NCBI GenBank assembly: GCA_963737905.1
Contig: CAVTUQ010000029.1
Coordinates: 32,001-96,000, forward strand
DNA length: 64,000 nucleotides
Reading direction: 5' to 3'
DNA from: an uncultured delta proteobacterium
Lineage (GTDB): Bacteria; Desulfobacterota; Binatia; UBA9968
The translations under genes were made by a program, and so were the position numbers. Shown here piece after piece: positions 11,083-20,502 of this stretch. Each line of letters opens with the position of its first letter. Positions within the stretch are counted from its first letter, which is position 1. The notes beneath the pieces were generated by a model, which was not told where the DNA came from, searched no databases, and saw nothing but the letters and a program-made list of their open reading frames with translations.

Positions 11083-12113
11083 TTATCTGATCAACTTATT
11101 CGCCCGGGCGAGCACCTCCGGCGGAATGGTCAGGTCGATCTGCTTTGCGGTCTTAAGATTGATCACCAGCTCGAACTTCGTCGGCTGCTCGACCGGCAGA
11201 TCGGCGGGCTTGGCTCCCTTCAGGATTCTGTCCACGTAGTATGCGACGCGCCCGTAGCTGTCCGCTTGGTCCGCCCCGTAGGACATGAGCCCGCCGGTCT
11301 CTACAGCTTCTTTGTTTTTGTACACCGACGGTAACCGGCTCTTTAACGCCAAGCCAATGATCCGTTTTTCGTTGTTATTCATTAGTGGGCTCGCGGTCAC
11401 GTAGAGTCCATCCGGGCGCTGCTTGTTTAGCGCGGCGAATGCCTTCTCGAAACCGTCCGCAGCTCTTACCTCCCAAGGCTGAAGGGTCAACTTCAGGGCG
11501 CGCGCCGCGGCCGGGAGAACCTCTTTCACCTCGTGTACAGTGGTCGAAACGGCCGGATCATAGAGAACCGCGACACGGGCAAGTTGGGAACGGCTTCTTT
11601 GAGCAGTTCTAAACGCTTCCCGCCTAGTTCTCTGTCAAGGAGAGTAATGCCGGTGACGTTGCCGCCGGGACGGGCAAGGCTTTCAACATGGCCTGCTACG
11701 ACAGGATCGTTCCCAGAGCCCATCATAACGATGGGAATTGTCTTGGTCGCATTCTTGGCGGCCCGGACCACCGGCTCCGCTCCTGATACCAGAAGAATAT
11801 CAACCTTGAGACGCACTAATTCGGCCACAAGCTCAGGGTACCGATCGTTCTTCCCCTCCGCATATCGGTACTCGGTGGCGATGTTCTGTCCTTCGATGTA
11901 GCCATGCTCGCGCAGCGCCAGATATCCTATCCGCGGGACTTTCTTTGGCTGCTGCGCCTGAGCCATCGCCCCACCGAAGATGAATGTGAGAGTCATAGAG
12001 AAGATCCCCGCCCATTTTAGATTTTCGATACTTTGGCAAGGCTCAGCACAGGTTTTAGATTTTCGATTGTTGGACCGGAAACTCAAAGATCGCATCCAGG
12101 TTTTCTCATGCAT
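11083..12113 (-). pseudogene. ABC_sub_bind (PF04392-like) SBP with a frameshift and a short internal deletion
   Basis: ORFs 11526-12113 and 11083-11529 join into one gene; RIGYL-ALRE lacks about 17 codons relative to the 57998 paralogue. Confidence 0.8.
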
Positions 12114-12144
12114 TTGTTTTTCTCCAAATCTAAAATCGAAAATG

Positions 12145-13161
12145 TCATCTTATGACCCGATTCGCCCGCGAGAGAAACTCCGGCGAGAGTGTCAGACCGA
12201 TCTGTTTCGCTGCCTTCAAGTTGATCACGAATTCAAACTTCGTTGCCTGCTGCACCGGCAAATCAGCCGGTTTGGCACCCTTCAAGATCTTGTCCACGTA
12301 AACAGCCGCACGCCGATAGTTGTCAGTCGAGTCGATCCCGTAGAACATGAGACCGCCTTCATCGACATAATCCTTCGTTGGGTAAATAGCCGGCAAACGG
12401 TATTTGACGGCAAGCTCGACGATCCGCTTTCTCTCGGCGCGAAAGCGCCCACCGGCCTGCGGCATAATCGCGCCCACCTGTTTCTGCTTTGCGGTTTGGA
12501 AGGCGATTTCTAGTTTTTTGGCGTCGGGTTGAGTCTCGATCTCCTCCAGTTTTATCTTCAGTGCCACACCCGCAGGCCTGAGCTCTTTTAGTTGGGGGTT
12601 TTCTAGTTCACTCCTCTGCGTCACGAGAAATCCAACTCGGACAAGCTTGGGAACCGCGTCCTTGAGTATCTCTAGCCTTTTGGTACCTAGCTCGGGCGAT
12701 AAACCGGAGTTCCCGGTGATATTGCGTCCCGTCCGCGCCAGACTGGCAACCAAACCTTGTCCCACGGGGTCCGTAGAGGTCGCCATTACGATGGGGATGG
12801 TGCTGGTTGCTCTCTTCGCCGGTAACGACGTCCCTCCCCCTGAGATGACGATCACATCAACTTTTAGACGAACGAGTTCCGCCGCCAACTCCGGTAGCCG
12901 CTCATTTTTTTGCTCGGCAAACCGATACTCGATGGTGATGTTTTTACCTTCAATCCATCCAAGCTTGCTCAGCTCCTGCCGAAACGCCTCCCAGAGGACT
13001 GCCTGACTGGTTGCAGTGCTATTATCCAGGATACCGATGCGGAAGATTTTCCCTGTCTGTTGCGCGGCAGCGGACGCGCAAAACGCAAGGAGCATGGCGC
13101 CCACTAGGGTAAAGGCAAAGCGCATGGCGCTAGGTGCAAAAGCGATCCCGTTCCTACTCAT
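12145..13161 (-). CDS. ABC_sub_bind SBP, intact
   Basis: Signal peptide, AQQ..KI.RIG, SLARTGRNITG and [28 protein letters not shown] tail. Confidence 0.92.
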   Translation of the reverse strand: MSRNGIAFAPSAMRFAFTLVGAMLLAFCASAAAQQTGKIFRIGILDNSTATSQAVLWEAFRQELSKLGWIEGKNITIEYRFAEQKNERLPELAAELVRLKVDVIVISGGGTSLPAKRATSTIPIVMATSTDPVGQGLVASLARTGRNITGNSGLSPELGTKRLEILKDAVPKLVRVGFLVTQRSELENPQLKELRPAGVALKIKLEEIETQPDAKKLEIAFQTAKQKQVGAIMPQAGGRFRAERKRIVELAVKYRLPAIYPTKDYVDEGGLMFYGIDSTDNYRRAAVYVDKILKGAKPADLPVQQATKFEFVINLKAAKQIGLTLSPEFLSRANRVIR

Positions 13162-13218
13162 GAGTTTCTCCCCGTTTTATTTCCGCGCTATGCTTTTTGC
13201 CTTCTGCGCTCTGCCCTG

Positions 13219-13263
13219 TTAACTGATCACCTTCTCCGCCCTCGCCAGCACATTAGTCGGGAT
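13219..13263 (-). pseudogene. Orphan SBP 3' tail
   Basis: Reverse complement reads IPTNVLARAEKVIS*. Confidence 0.75.
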
Positions 13264-13272
13264 CCTATCAGC

Positions 13273-13370
13273 AAATCCGCATTCCGAATATCCAAATCCG
13301 CAAGGGGCCGTATAGAATTTTTCCTAATTGAACATTTGAATTCGTTTCGAATTTCGGATTTTTGATTTTG
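13273..13370. repeat. Degenerate inverted heptamer repeat (ATCCGMA / TTCGGAT)
   Basis: aaatccgcattccgaatatccaaatccgcaa ... ttcgaatttcggatttttgattttg. Confidence 0.55.
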
Positions 13371-13488
13371 CTAGTCACTGCCGCTCAGGATTCAAGCCAA
13401 GAAAAGCGCGGTTGGTCGCGCTGCACGGTTACGAATTGACTCGATGTCAACGATCAAATACTCTTATTCTTACGCGGAGGGATTTTCC

Positions 13489-13683
13489 ATGAAAGGGATC
13501 AAGCGCAAAAACTACTCCCTGGATGAGGCCAAGGTCAAAAAGTTGAGACGCCTTTTGAAGACCCGCAGCGATACAGAAGCAGTCCATAAGGCTGTCGACT
13601 TGGTGCTTTTCCAGCAGGAGGCAGTCAAAGCGTGGATCGAGAACGCGGGGGCGGGCGGCGTCGAAGATCTCTATGCCCGCTAA
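13489..13683 (+). CDS. Putative type II antitoxin (VapB-like)
   Basis: 64 aa after GGAGG; KRKNYSLDEAKVKKLRRLL..SDTEAV; overlaps the PIN gene; TTGACtcgatGTCAA palindrome upstream at 13436-13450. Confidence 0.75.
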   Translation: MKGIKRKNYSLDEAKVKKLRRLLKTRSDTEAVHKAVDLVLFQQEAVKAWIENAGAGGVEDLYAR

Positions 13684-14104
13684 ATATATTTTTGACACCA
13701 ACATTTATATTCACTGCCTGCAGGACCGCGCTTTTGCCCTAAGGCACGCCGACCAATATTCTCGCTTTCTGCCATTGACCTATTTTTCAAGCGTTGTGGC
13801 CCAAGAGCTCCTCGTAGGCTGCACCGATGACCTCGCTGTAAGACGGGTGCAAAACTTTTTGTTGCCTTTTGAACGGGTACGGCGCATCGTCAATCCAACC
13901 TATCAGAACTGGAAAGACGCCGGGCTGATTGTCGTCAAGATAACTCTGCGCCAGCCTAACTTGAAAAGCAAAAAAATCGCCTTGGTCAACGACACGCTCA
14001 TCGCCTTGTCATGCCGTGATATTGGCGCAACGGTTGTGACGCAGAACATAGAAGATTTTCAATTAATCCGGCGGTTTGTTAGCTTTCGCTTTCAAGAATT
14101 TTAA
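13673..14104 (+). CDS. vapC: PIN-domain toxin (VapC family)
   Basis: YIFDTNIYI, SSVVAQEL, NDTLIALS and VVTQNIEDF motifs. Confidence 0.9.
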   Translation: MPAKYIFDTNIYIHCLQDRAFALRHADQYSRFLPLTYFSSVVAQELLVGCTDDLAVRRVQNFLLPFERVRRIVNPTYQNWKDAGLIVVKITLRQPNLKSKKIALVNDTLIALSCRDIGATVVTQNIEDFQLIRRFVSFRFQEF

Positions 14105-14160
14105 TCGCCAGGCCGCTCAATTGCGCGCACTTCAGCGGCGAAAGCCGCTACTTGCCGTTC

Positions 14161-14203
14161 CACCGAATCACCTGATTCGCCCGCGCCAGCCCATTCGGGG
14201 GAT
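14161..14203 (-). pseudogene. Orphan SBP 3' tail
   Basis: Reverse complement reads IPPNGLARANQVIR. Confidence 0.7.
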
Positions 14204-14247
14204 CGCCGATCCATTTTGGATTTTCGTTTGCGGCGCCGATTGTTCGG

Positions 14248-14845
14248 TCATCGGATCACTTTGTCCGCCCGATATAGTAACGATTGCGGAATGTTACGCC
14301 GATTTGCTTCGCTGTCTTAAGATTAATGACAAGCTCGAACTTCGTTGGCTGCTCGACCGGCAGATCGGCGGGTTTAGCTCCGTTCAGGATTCTGTCCACA
14401 TAATAAGCGACGCGCCGGAAGCTTTCGTCTTGGTCGGCCCCGTAGGACAGGAGCCCGCCGCCACCGACAAATTTCTGTTGCTGTAAGCCGAAGGCAATCG
14501 CCTTTTTAACGCGAAGCCCACAATCCGTTTCTGGTTAGTAACTATTGTTGGACTGGCGCCGGCCACGTAGAGTCCATCCAGGCGCTGCTTACCCATCGCG
14601 GCAAAAACCTTATCGAAATCGTCCGGAACTCGCACCTCCCAAGGTTGGATAATCAACTTTAGTGCGTGCGCGGCCACTGGGAGAAGCTCTTTTACCTCTC
14701 GTACACCGGCCGGATTACCCAAATCGTAGAGAACCGCGACACGAGCAAGTTTGGGAACGGCTTCCTTGAGCAGCTCTAGCCCGCTTCCCGCCGAGGTCTC
14801 TCGTAAGGTTTGCAATACCGGTGACGTTGCCGCCGGGGCGGGTGA
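14248..14845 (-). pseudogene. 5'-truncated, frameshifted ABC_sub_bind SBP
   Basis: LELLKEAVPKLARVAVLYD... through FELVINLKTAKQIG..ADKVIR* across frames; N-terminal third missing. Confidence 0.8.
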
Positions 14846-14894
14846 TGCACCTCTGGGCCCTAACACGACGGAGACAAAACCAAGTAAGAGTGAA

Positions 14895-14966
14895 TCGCGC
14901 AAAGGCGCAAAGGCCGCAAAGGAAAGAATGAATCTCAACTTGGCGTTCTTGGCGTCTTGGCGCGAG
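14895..14966. repeat. Inverted 8-9-mer tandem-repeat element (CGCAAAG / CTTGGCG)
   Basis: tcgcgcaaaggcgcaaaggccgcaaag ... cttggcgttcttggcgtcttggcgcgaga. Confidence 0.75.
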
Positions 14967-15044
14967 AATAATCCTAAGCGCTCTCAACTAGAGGGCAAAG
15001 ACTGCCGGTAGACTTGCAGAAGCCGCGAAAACTTTCACGGCCGA

Positions 15045-15449
15045 TTACTTGGTGCCGAGCCAGCCGTGTTCGGACAGGTCGATCGTGACGCCGTCCGGGC
15101 CGCTGAACTTGACCTCGACGTTGCCTCGCTTCGCCATCTCTTCGGTTCCCGGGTAGGGACGATGCACGGCACCCGCCTTCTCGATTTGCGCCTGAGCCTT
15201 CGCCATGTCCTCGACTTCGACACCGAAGTGGTGGATGCCGGCGTACCTGAGGGTGCCCTCGGTAGTGGCGGGATCGTCGTATTTGAACTTCAGGATTGCG
15301 AGGTTTACGTGGCCGTCGCTCAGGTAGTAACCCTCGGAAGTTGGCGTGTTGACCTTACCCACCTGCTTCAAGCCGAGGCCCTCAATGTAAAACTGCGTCG
15401 TCGCCTCCAGATCCCGGGTGGCTATTGCGATGTGCCGAATTCGTCCCAT
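15045..15449 (-). CDS. VOC/glyoxalase family protein
   Basis: IRHIAI..D.E....FY..GLGL, GIHHFGVEVED and GPDGVTIDL. Confidence 0.9.
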   Translation of the reverse strand: MGRIRHIAIATRDLEATTQFYIEGLGLKQVGKVNTPTSEGYYLSDGHVNLAILKFKYDDPATTEGTLRYAGIHHFGVEVEDMAKAQAQIEKAGAVHRPYPGTEEMAKRGNVEVKFSGPDGVTIDLSEHGWLGTK

Positions 15450-15508
15450 TGTCTACCTCCTTTTTCTGCCTTCATCCCACACTGGAAAACCTGATTTTCG
15501 AACTCCAA

Positions 15509-17062
15509 TTATTTGAACTCCGCTTTTTTGCTCAGATAGAACTTCCGCATCTGCGGCCGATATTTTTCCATCATCTCCCTGTTGAGATCCAGCGGCGGTT
15601 TGGCGTCCGGAGGAAGTAGTGAAAAATACTTGATATCTTTCGTGTCCTCCTCAAACTGTTTCTTCGCCGCTGCCCGCAGTTCAGGCGAGGTCAATAAGTC
15701 TAGGATCGATGCTGCCATCACCTTCGCGCCGACGACCGCGCCCCTGTGGGCAATCGACATCGTCGGCGTAATTCCTGCCGTCCAGTGGTGCGCTTGCACC
15801 CCAGGCACGACAACGGGAAAGCGAACAGTACCCGTCGGTACGACCCAAGTAACATCGCCGATGTCGTTCGAGGAACTATTCTGCCTTGCAGCTTGGAGTG
15901 GCGCTTCCTTTGTTGGGAGGCCCGCCTCTTTTTTACCCAAGGATTTTTGTAACTCTTTGGCGAACTTGTTCTCTTCCTCGGTCCATTTCGGCATTCCTAC
16001 CATCTCGATATTCTTTTGCACCGCTTCAGCGATCGCTTTGTTACCCAGCGACGGCCAGGCCGCACCGAACGGTTCCATCTCCATCGTGGTTCCGGTCATG
16101 AGCGCGGCGCCCTGCGCAATGTTGACCAGCTTATCAAAGTTTTCCTTTGCCCACGGGCCGTTGGCGTCGCGGATGAACCACCAGATCTGGCCCACGTCCG
16201 GGATGATGTTGGGTTGCACGCCGCCCATGGTGATCGCTCGATGACCGCGGTAAGTAGGGCGCAGATGTTCACGCAGTTTATCGAAGCCGATATCCATCAA
16301 GACTACAGCATCGACAGCGTCTTTACCGTCCCAGGGATTCACGGCGCCATGCGCAGTTCTGCCCTTAAAAGTGAACTTGGCGCCGATCAACGCGTAGTTC
16401 TGTAATCCATAGCCGGTGGCCAATTGGTCGGCGACATGTGTGATGATCGCCGCGTCGACATCCTTGAAATAACCCGCGCGCACCAAATAGGGCCGGCTCA
16501 TCAGTTGCTCTTCCGCTGGACCGATCGAGACCACAACGGTGCCAGGAATTTTGAATTGCTCCATCGTCGTTTTAACCGCGTGTGCGGCGCCCACAGCTAC
16601 CGCCGCCATCACATTGTGGCCTTCCATGTGGCCCGGGGCGCCCTCGACAAGAGGTTTGCGTGGAATACTTCCCGGCGTTTGTGAACCCTCCGGCAGCGAG
16701 TCCATCTCGGTGGCGATTGCAATTACTGGCTTACCCGTTCCCCACGTCGCCCAAACGTTCGTGGGTAATCCAGCGCCGCCGACCTCGACTTTGAAGCCGA
16801 TCTGCTCCAGCGTTTCTTTTAGATACTTGGAGCTCTCAACCTCTTGCATGCCAGGTTCGCCGAAATAATAAAGCACGTCGCCGACAGTGGCGATCTGATC
16901 CGCATTGCGATCGATCACTTCCATAGCAGCTCGTTTGGGTTCGCTTGGAGAATCGGCGGTGGCCACCGGGAAGACAAAGGCCACTAAGGCAACAGCAATC
17001 CCGATTGCCAGCATTAGTGTTCTTGACCAGTAGGCTTTTAGCATCGGCCGGGCGTATGACAT
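15509..17062 (-). CDS. M20 family amidohydrolase (AbgB-like) with signal peptide
   Basis: EMDSLP, GHMEGHN, GPAEE, FKGRTAHGAVNPWDGKDAVDA and SNDIGDVTW motifs. Confidence 0.88.
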   Translation of the reverse strand: MSYARPMLKAYWSRTLMLAIGIAVALVAFVFPVATADSPSEPKRAAMEVIDRNADQIATVGDVLYYFGEPGMQEVESSKYLKETLEQIGFKVEVGGAGLPTNVWATWGTGKPVIAIATEMDSLPEGSQTPGSIPRKPLVEGAPGHMEGHNVMAAVAVGAAHAVKTTMEQFKIPGTVVVSIGPAEEQLMSRPYLVRAGYFKDVDAAIITHVADQLATGYGLQNYALIGAKFTFKGRTAHGAVNPWDGKDAVDAVVLMDIGFDKLREHLRPTYRGHRAITMGGVQPNIIPDVGQIWWFIRDANGPWAKENFDKLVNIAQGAALMTGTTMEMEPFGAAWPSLGNKAIAEAVQKNIEMVGMPKWTEEENKFAKELQKSLGKKEAGLPTKEAPLQAARQNSSSNDIGDVTWVVPTGTVRFPVVVPGVQAHHWTAGITPTMSIAHRGAVVGAKVMAASILDLLTSPELRAAAKKQFEEDTKDIKYFSLLPPDAKPPLDLNREMMEKYRPQMRKFYLSKKAEFK

Positions 17063-17158
17063 CTAACTCCTCCTTTTAGCACCGGCTTATCATGAATTCA
17101 TTTACAGTTCACGCTAGACCTGATTGAGGCAGGGAGCAGTATTTTCCATGAGAACCAA

Positions 17159-18208
17159 CTAGTTTTTCCAGAGCTGCTTGAAAAAACCGCTCTGATCGAG
17201 CTCTTGAAGCAGCGAAAGATCGACAAAGCTCTCCGGCGCCACGTTCCTTGCCCGTGGCTGTGTTTCAGCCATGCTGTCTAGAATAAACTTTATGCCCTTA
17301 AGCGTCGGGTAGGGAATTCTTTGAACTCTCTGTGAGTAAAAGGCGTAGGCGTCGTCCAGCATTTCTTTTTCATCCACTCGCAAATACTTTTTCAATACTT
17401 GAATGGAAAAATCCCGGTCGGTCACAAAACGATGAAGACCCTCTGAGTAAGCCTGAACAAAGGCCTTGACGATGGGCCGGTGCTCGCGCAGGTATTTAGT
17501 AGTGACCGTGATACACGTCTGCTGCAGCTCGATGCCGAGTGTGTCGATATCGAAAAGCTCTCTCATGCCGAGCTTTTTAGCCCGGCTCGAATTGGGAGGA
17601 GAGGCGAAGCCGGCTTGGACGGCGCCTTTTTCCATCGCCGTGATGATCTCCGGCAGACCGCCTAACTGGATGATGGCCACGTCCGTGCCGCGCTTGAGCC
17701 CAACGCGCTCAAGAAAAATCCCCGAGCCGGTTTCGCTCAAGGCGCCGAATCTCGATATCCCAAGTTTTTTCCCTTTGAGATCCTCCGGCGTCTTAATTTC
17801 CGGCCGGACGTAAATAAAGCCGACGAGCCGGTTGAGCGTGCTGGCGATGATTCGCACGTCCGCCCCTGCTAAGATAGCCCCGGAAGTAGAGACCCCGGTC
17901 ACTTGCGCCAATTGAATTTCGCCGGCGATCAACGCCTGGGTAGCTGCGACCGCGGGAATATAAATGAGCTCCGCTTCTATGCCATACTTTGAGAGATACC
18001 CGGCTTCCTTTGCCATCCAAGAGCCGATTTGGCTTGCTGATAGAGCCGCATAGCCTAGCTTAATGGGTTGAGCAAAGACCTCTGCACTGAAGCCGAACAG
18101 GACTACCATCAGGGCCATCGCAAGAGGTTTGCGGAAAAAGAGCCGGCCTCGTCTCCAAATAAAAATTCGATCTTCGAGCAACGTTCGTGGGCGATCATAA
18201 AAATTCAT
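17159..18208 (-). CDS. NMT1/SsuA/THI5-like SBP (type A)
   Basis: Signal peptide, AKEAGYLSKYGIEAEL, IKTPEDLKGKKLGISRFG; paralogue of 19312-20370. Confidence 0.9.
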   Translation of the reverse strand: MNFYDRPRTLLEDRIFIWRRGRLFFRKPLAMALMVVLFGFSAEVFAQPIKLGYAALSASQIGSWMAKEAGYLSKYGIEAELIYIPAVAATQALIAGEIQLAQVTGVSTSGAILAGADVRIIASTLNRLVGFIYVRPEIKTPEDLKGKKLGISRFGALSETGSGIFLERVGLKRGTDVAIIQLGGLPEIITAMEKGAVQAGFASPPNSSRAKKLGMRELFDIDTLGIELQQTCITVTTKYLREHRPIVKAFVQAYSEGLHRFVTDRDFSIQVLKKYLRVDEKEMLDDAYAFYSQRVQRIPYPTLKGIKFILDSMAETQPRARNVAPESFVDLSLLQELDQSGFFKQLWKN

Positions 18209-18315
18209 TTTTAGATCCTCCTCTATTTACATTGCTTCACGTTTGCCTGGTCCTTTTAACGTCTAACTCCTCCGGCTTGTTGGGAAATCGAAAATCTAAA
18301 ATCGGCAATCTAAAA

Positions 18316-19272
18316 TTACTTAATCCCCAGCTCCTTCTGCGCTTCTCTGAGAAGCGACAGATCCTCAACTTCATTGATCGACACTTCACGGTTTACCTTG
18401 GTGGTTCTCTTTGCCTCTTCAATCACAAGACGGAGTCCATCTTGCGGTACGCTGCCGTCGCCATTGAACGCTTTGGAGACGCTGTCATAGGTAGCCGTGG
18501 CCATCTCTCGATCGATCTTCAGCCAGTCCGCTTTCACCTGAATCGTCCCGCCGCGATTCTGCGGGATATATCGATTGGCCTTGATTCCCGCCATGATGAC
18601 CCGCTTCACTTCATCCGGCTTCTCTTTGATTTTCTTTACGGTGGCGATCAAGCCGCTAGCGGGGTAGCTGAAAAGTTCGTGGGCGCTGGCAAGCACTACA
18701 AACCCCTGCTTCTTGCCTAGGAAATCTAACGGCGCCGAGCCCAAAGTGGCAGCGGTCAACCCCTGATTCATCGCAGCAAATCGCGACTCGATCATTCCCG
18801 TGGTCAGGAACTTTATCTCATTGTCCGGGTCAATACCGAAGTGTTTGACGATCAGTCTGCCGATGACCTCGAGCGGACTGCCGTAAGTGTTGATCCCAAT
18901 CGTCTTACCCTTAAGCTCGGGAACCGATTTGAATTCCGGCCGGGCGATGATCGCAATCGGAGCGCTGGGAACGTAGCAGGCCACAACTTTAACCGGCAAT
19001 CCCCGAATGGATGCGGCGACCCCGGAACCGATTGAAGTGTAATAGTCAATTTCTCCGCTGACTAATGCTGCGATCGCAACGGTTGGCACGATCCGGATGA
19101 ACTCTGCCTGAAGCCCTTCCTCTCTAAAGAAGCCTCGCTGTTCTCCCAAAGGGAGCGGGACAAATTGGGCGGCACGGTCCGGGAATCCGATTCTGATCTT
19201 GTCTACTGCATGGACTGAGGTCTGGAGAAATAAGATGGCGAGCAAAATCCCCAAAAGCTTTCTCATAGCCAC
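18316..19272 (-). CDS. NMT1/SsuA-like SBP (type B)
   Basis: Signal peptide, RGFFREEGLQAEFI, FKSVPELKGKTIG; paralogue of 20503-21462. Confidence 0.9.
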   Translation of the reverse strand: MAMRKLLGILLAILFLQTSVHAVDKIRIGFPDRAAQFVPLPLGEQRGFFREEGLQAEFIRIVPTVAIAALVSGEIDYYTSIGSGVAASIRGLPVKVVACYVPSAPIAIIARPEFKSVPELKGKTIGINTYGSPLEVIGRLIVKHFGIDPDNEIKFLTTGMIESRFAAMNQGLTAATLGSAPLDFLGKKQGFVVLASAHELFSYPASGLIATVKKIKEKPDEVKRVIMAGIKANRYIPQNRGGTIQVKADWLKIDREMATATYDSVSKAFNGDGSVPQDGLRLVIEEAKRTTKVNREVSINEVEDLSLLREAQKELGIK

Positions 19273-19311
19273 TCCGTGTTGTGCGCCGACCGCTACAAAA
19301 CTCCAGTCCGA

Positions 19312-20370
19312 TTAGTTTTTCCAAAGCTGCTTGAAAAACCCGTTCTGGTCGAGCTCTTGAAGCAGCGAAAGATCGACAAAACTTTCCGGCGCCACGTTCC
19401 TTGCCCGCGGCTGCTTCTCGGCCATTTCATCCAGGATAAATTTTATTCCCTTCATGGTTGGGTAGGGGATCTTTTGCAGTCTTTGCGAGTAGAAGGTATA
19501 GGCTTCGTCCAAAATCTCTTTGTCTTCCACCCGCAAATATTTTTTTAGCACCTGAATGGAAAAATCCCGATCGGTCATAAAACGGTGCAGACCTTCCGCG
19601 TAGGCTTGGAGAAAAGACTTCACAACCGGCCGCCGCTCGCGCAAGTATTTGGTCGTAACCGTTAGACAGGTCTGTTGCAGCTCTACGCCGAGCGCGTTCA
19701 GATCAAAAAGCTCTCTCATGCCGAGCTGTCTGGCCCGGCTTGTTTGGGGAGGATTGGCAAATCCTGCCTCGACGGCCCCTCGATCCATCGCCGTGATGAT
19801 CTCCGGCAGACCGCCCAGCTGGATGATAGCCACGTCGGTGCCGCGCTTGAGGCCGAAGCGCGCAAGAAACATCGCCACGGCGGTCTCGCTCACCGCGCCA
19901 AATCTCGATATCCCAATTTTTTTTCCTTTGAGATCCTCCGGCGTCTTGATTTCCGGGCGGGCGTAGATCGAGCCGGCTAGCCGATCCTGCACGCTGGCTA
20001 TGATTCTCACGTCCGCCCCTGCCAAGATCGCCCCGGCAGTAGAGACCCCGGTGACTTGGGCCAGTTGAATCTCGCCTGCGATCAGCGCCTGGGTAGCTGC
20101 GACCGCGGGAATATAGATAAGGTCGGCGTCGATGCCGTTCTTTGAGAGATAACCGCCTTCCTTTGCAATCCAAACGGCCACCTGACCTGCGACCAGTGCC
20201 GCGTAGCCGACCTTGATGGATTGAGCAGAAGCCTTTGCACTGAAGCCTAACAGGACTCCCGTCAGGAGCAGCGAAAGAAACTTCCGGAAAACGAGCCTAT
20301 TGCACCGATCTTCGAGTAAAGTTTGTATGCGAAAAAAAAGGTCCATTTTTAAAAGCCTCCATCGTAACAT
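19312..20370 (-). CDS. NMT1/SsuA-like SBP (type A')
   Basis: Highly similar to 17159-18208; start may be 20346. Confidence 0.9.
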   Translation of the reverse strand: MLRWRLLKMDLFFRIQTLLEDRCNRLVFRKFLSLLLTGVLLGFSAKASAQSIKVGYAALVAGQVAVWIAKEGGYLSKNGIDADLIYIPAVAATQALIAGEIQLAQVTGVSTAGAILAGADVRIIASVQDRLAGSIYARPEIKTPEDLKGKKIGISRFGAVSETAVAMFLARFGLKRGTDVAIIQLGGLPEIITAMDRGAVEAGFANPPQTSRARQLGMRELFDLNALGVELQQTCLTVTTKYLRERRPVVKSFLQAYAEGLHRFMTDRDFSIQVLKKYLRVEDKEILDEAYTFYSQRLQKIPYPTMKGIKFILDEMAEKQPRARNVAPESFVDLSLLQELDQNGFFKQLWKN

Positions 20371-20440
20371 TGCCTCGCGTTTGCCTGATCCTTCTTACGT
20401 CTGAGCCCTCCGATTGTTGGACGGAATCGAAAATCCAAAA

Positions 20441-20487
20441 CCTGTGGTGAGCCCTTCGCCTAGGCTCAGGATAAACTCTGTCGATCC
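20441..20487. repeat. REP-like insert (CCTGTGGTGAGC..GTCGA) with a nested reverse copy, inside a heptamer repeat
   Basis: Absent from the paralogous intergenic region at 18286-18316. Confidence 0.7.
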
Positions 20488-20502
20488 ATCGGCAATCTAA
20501 AA

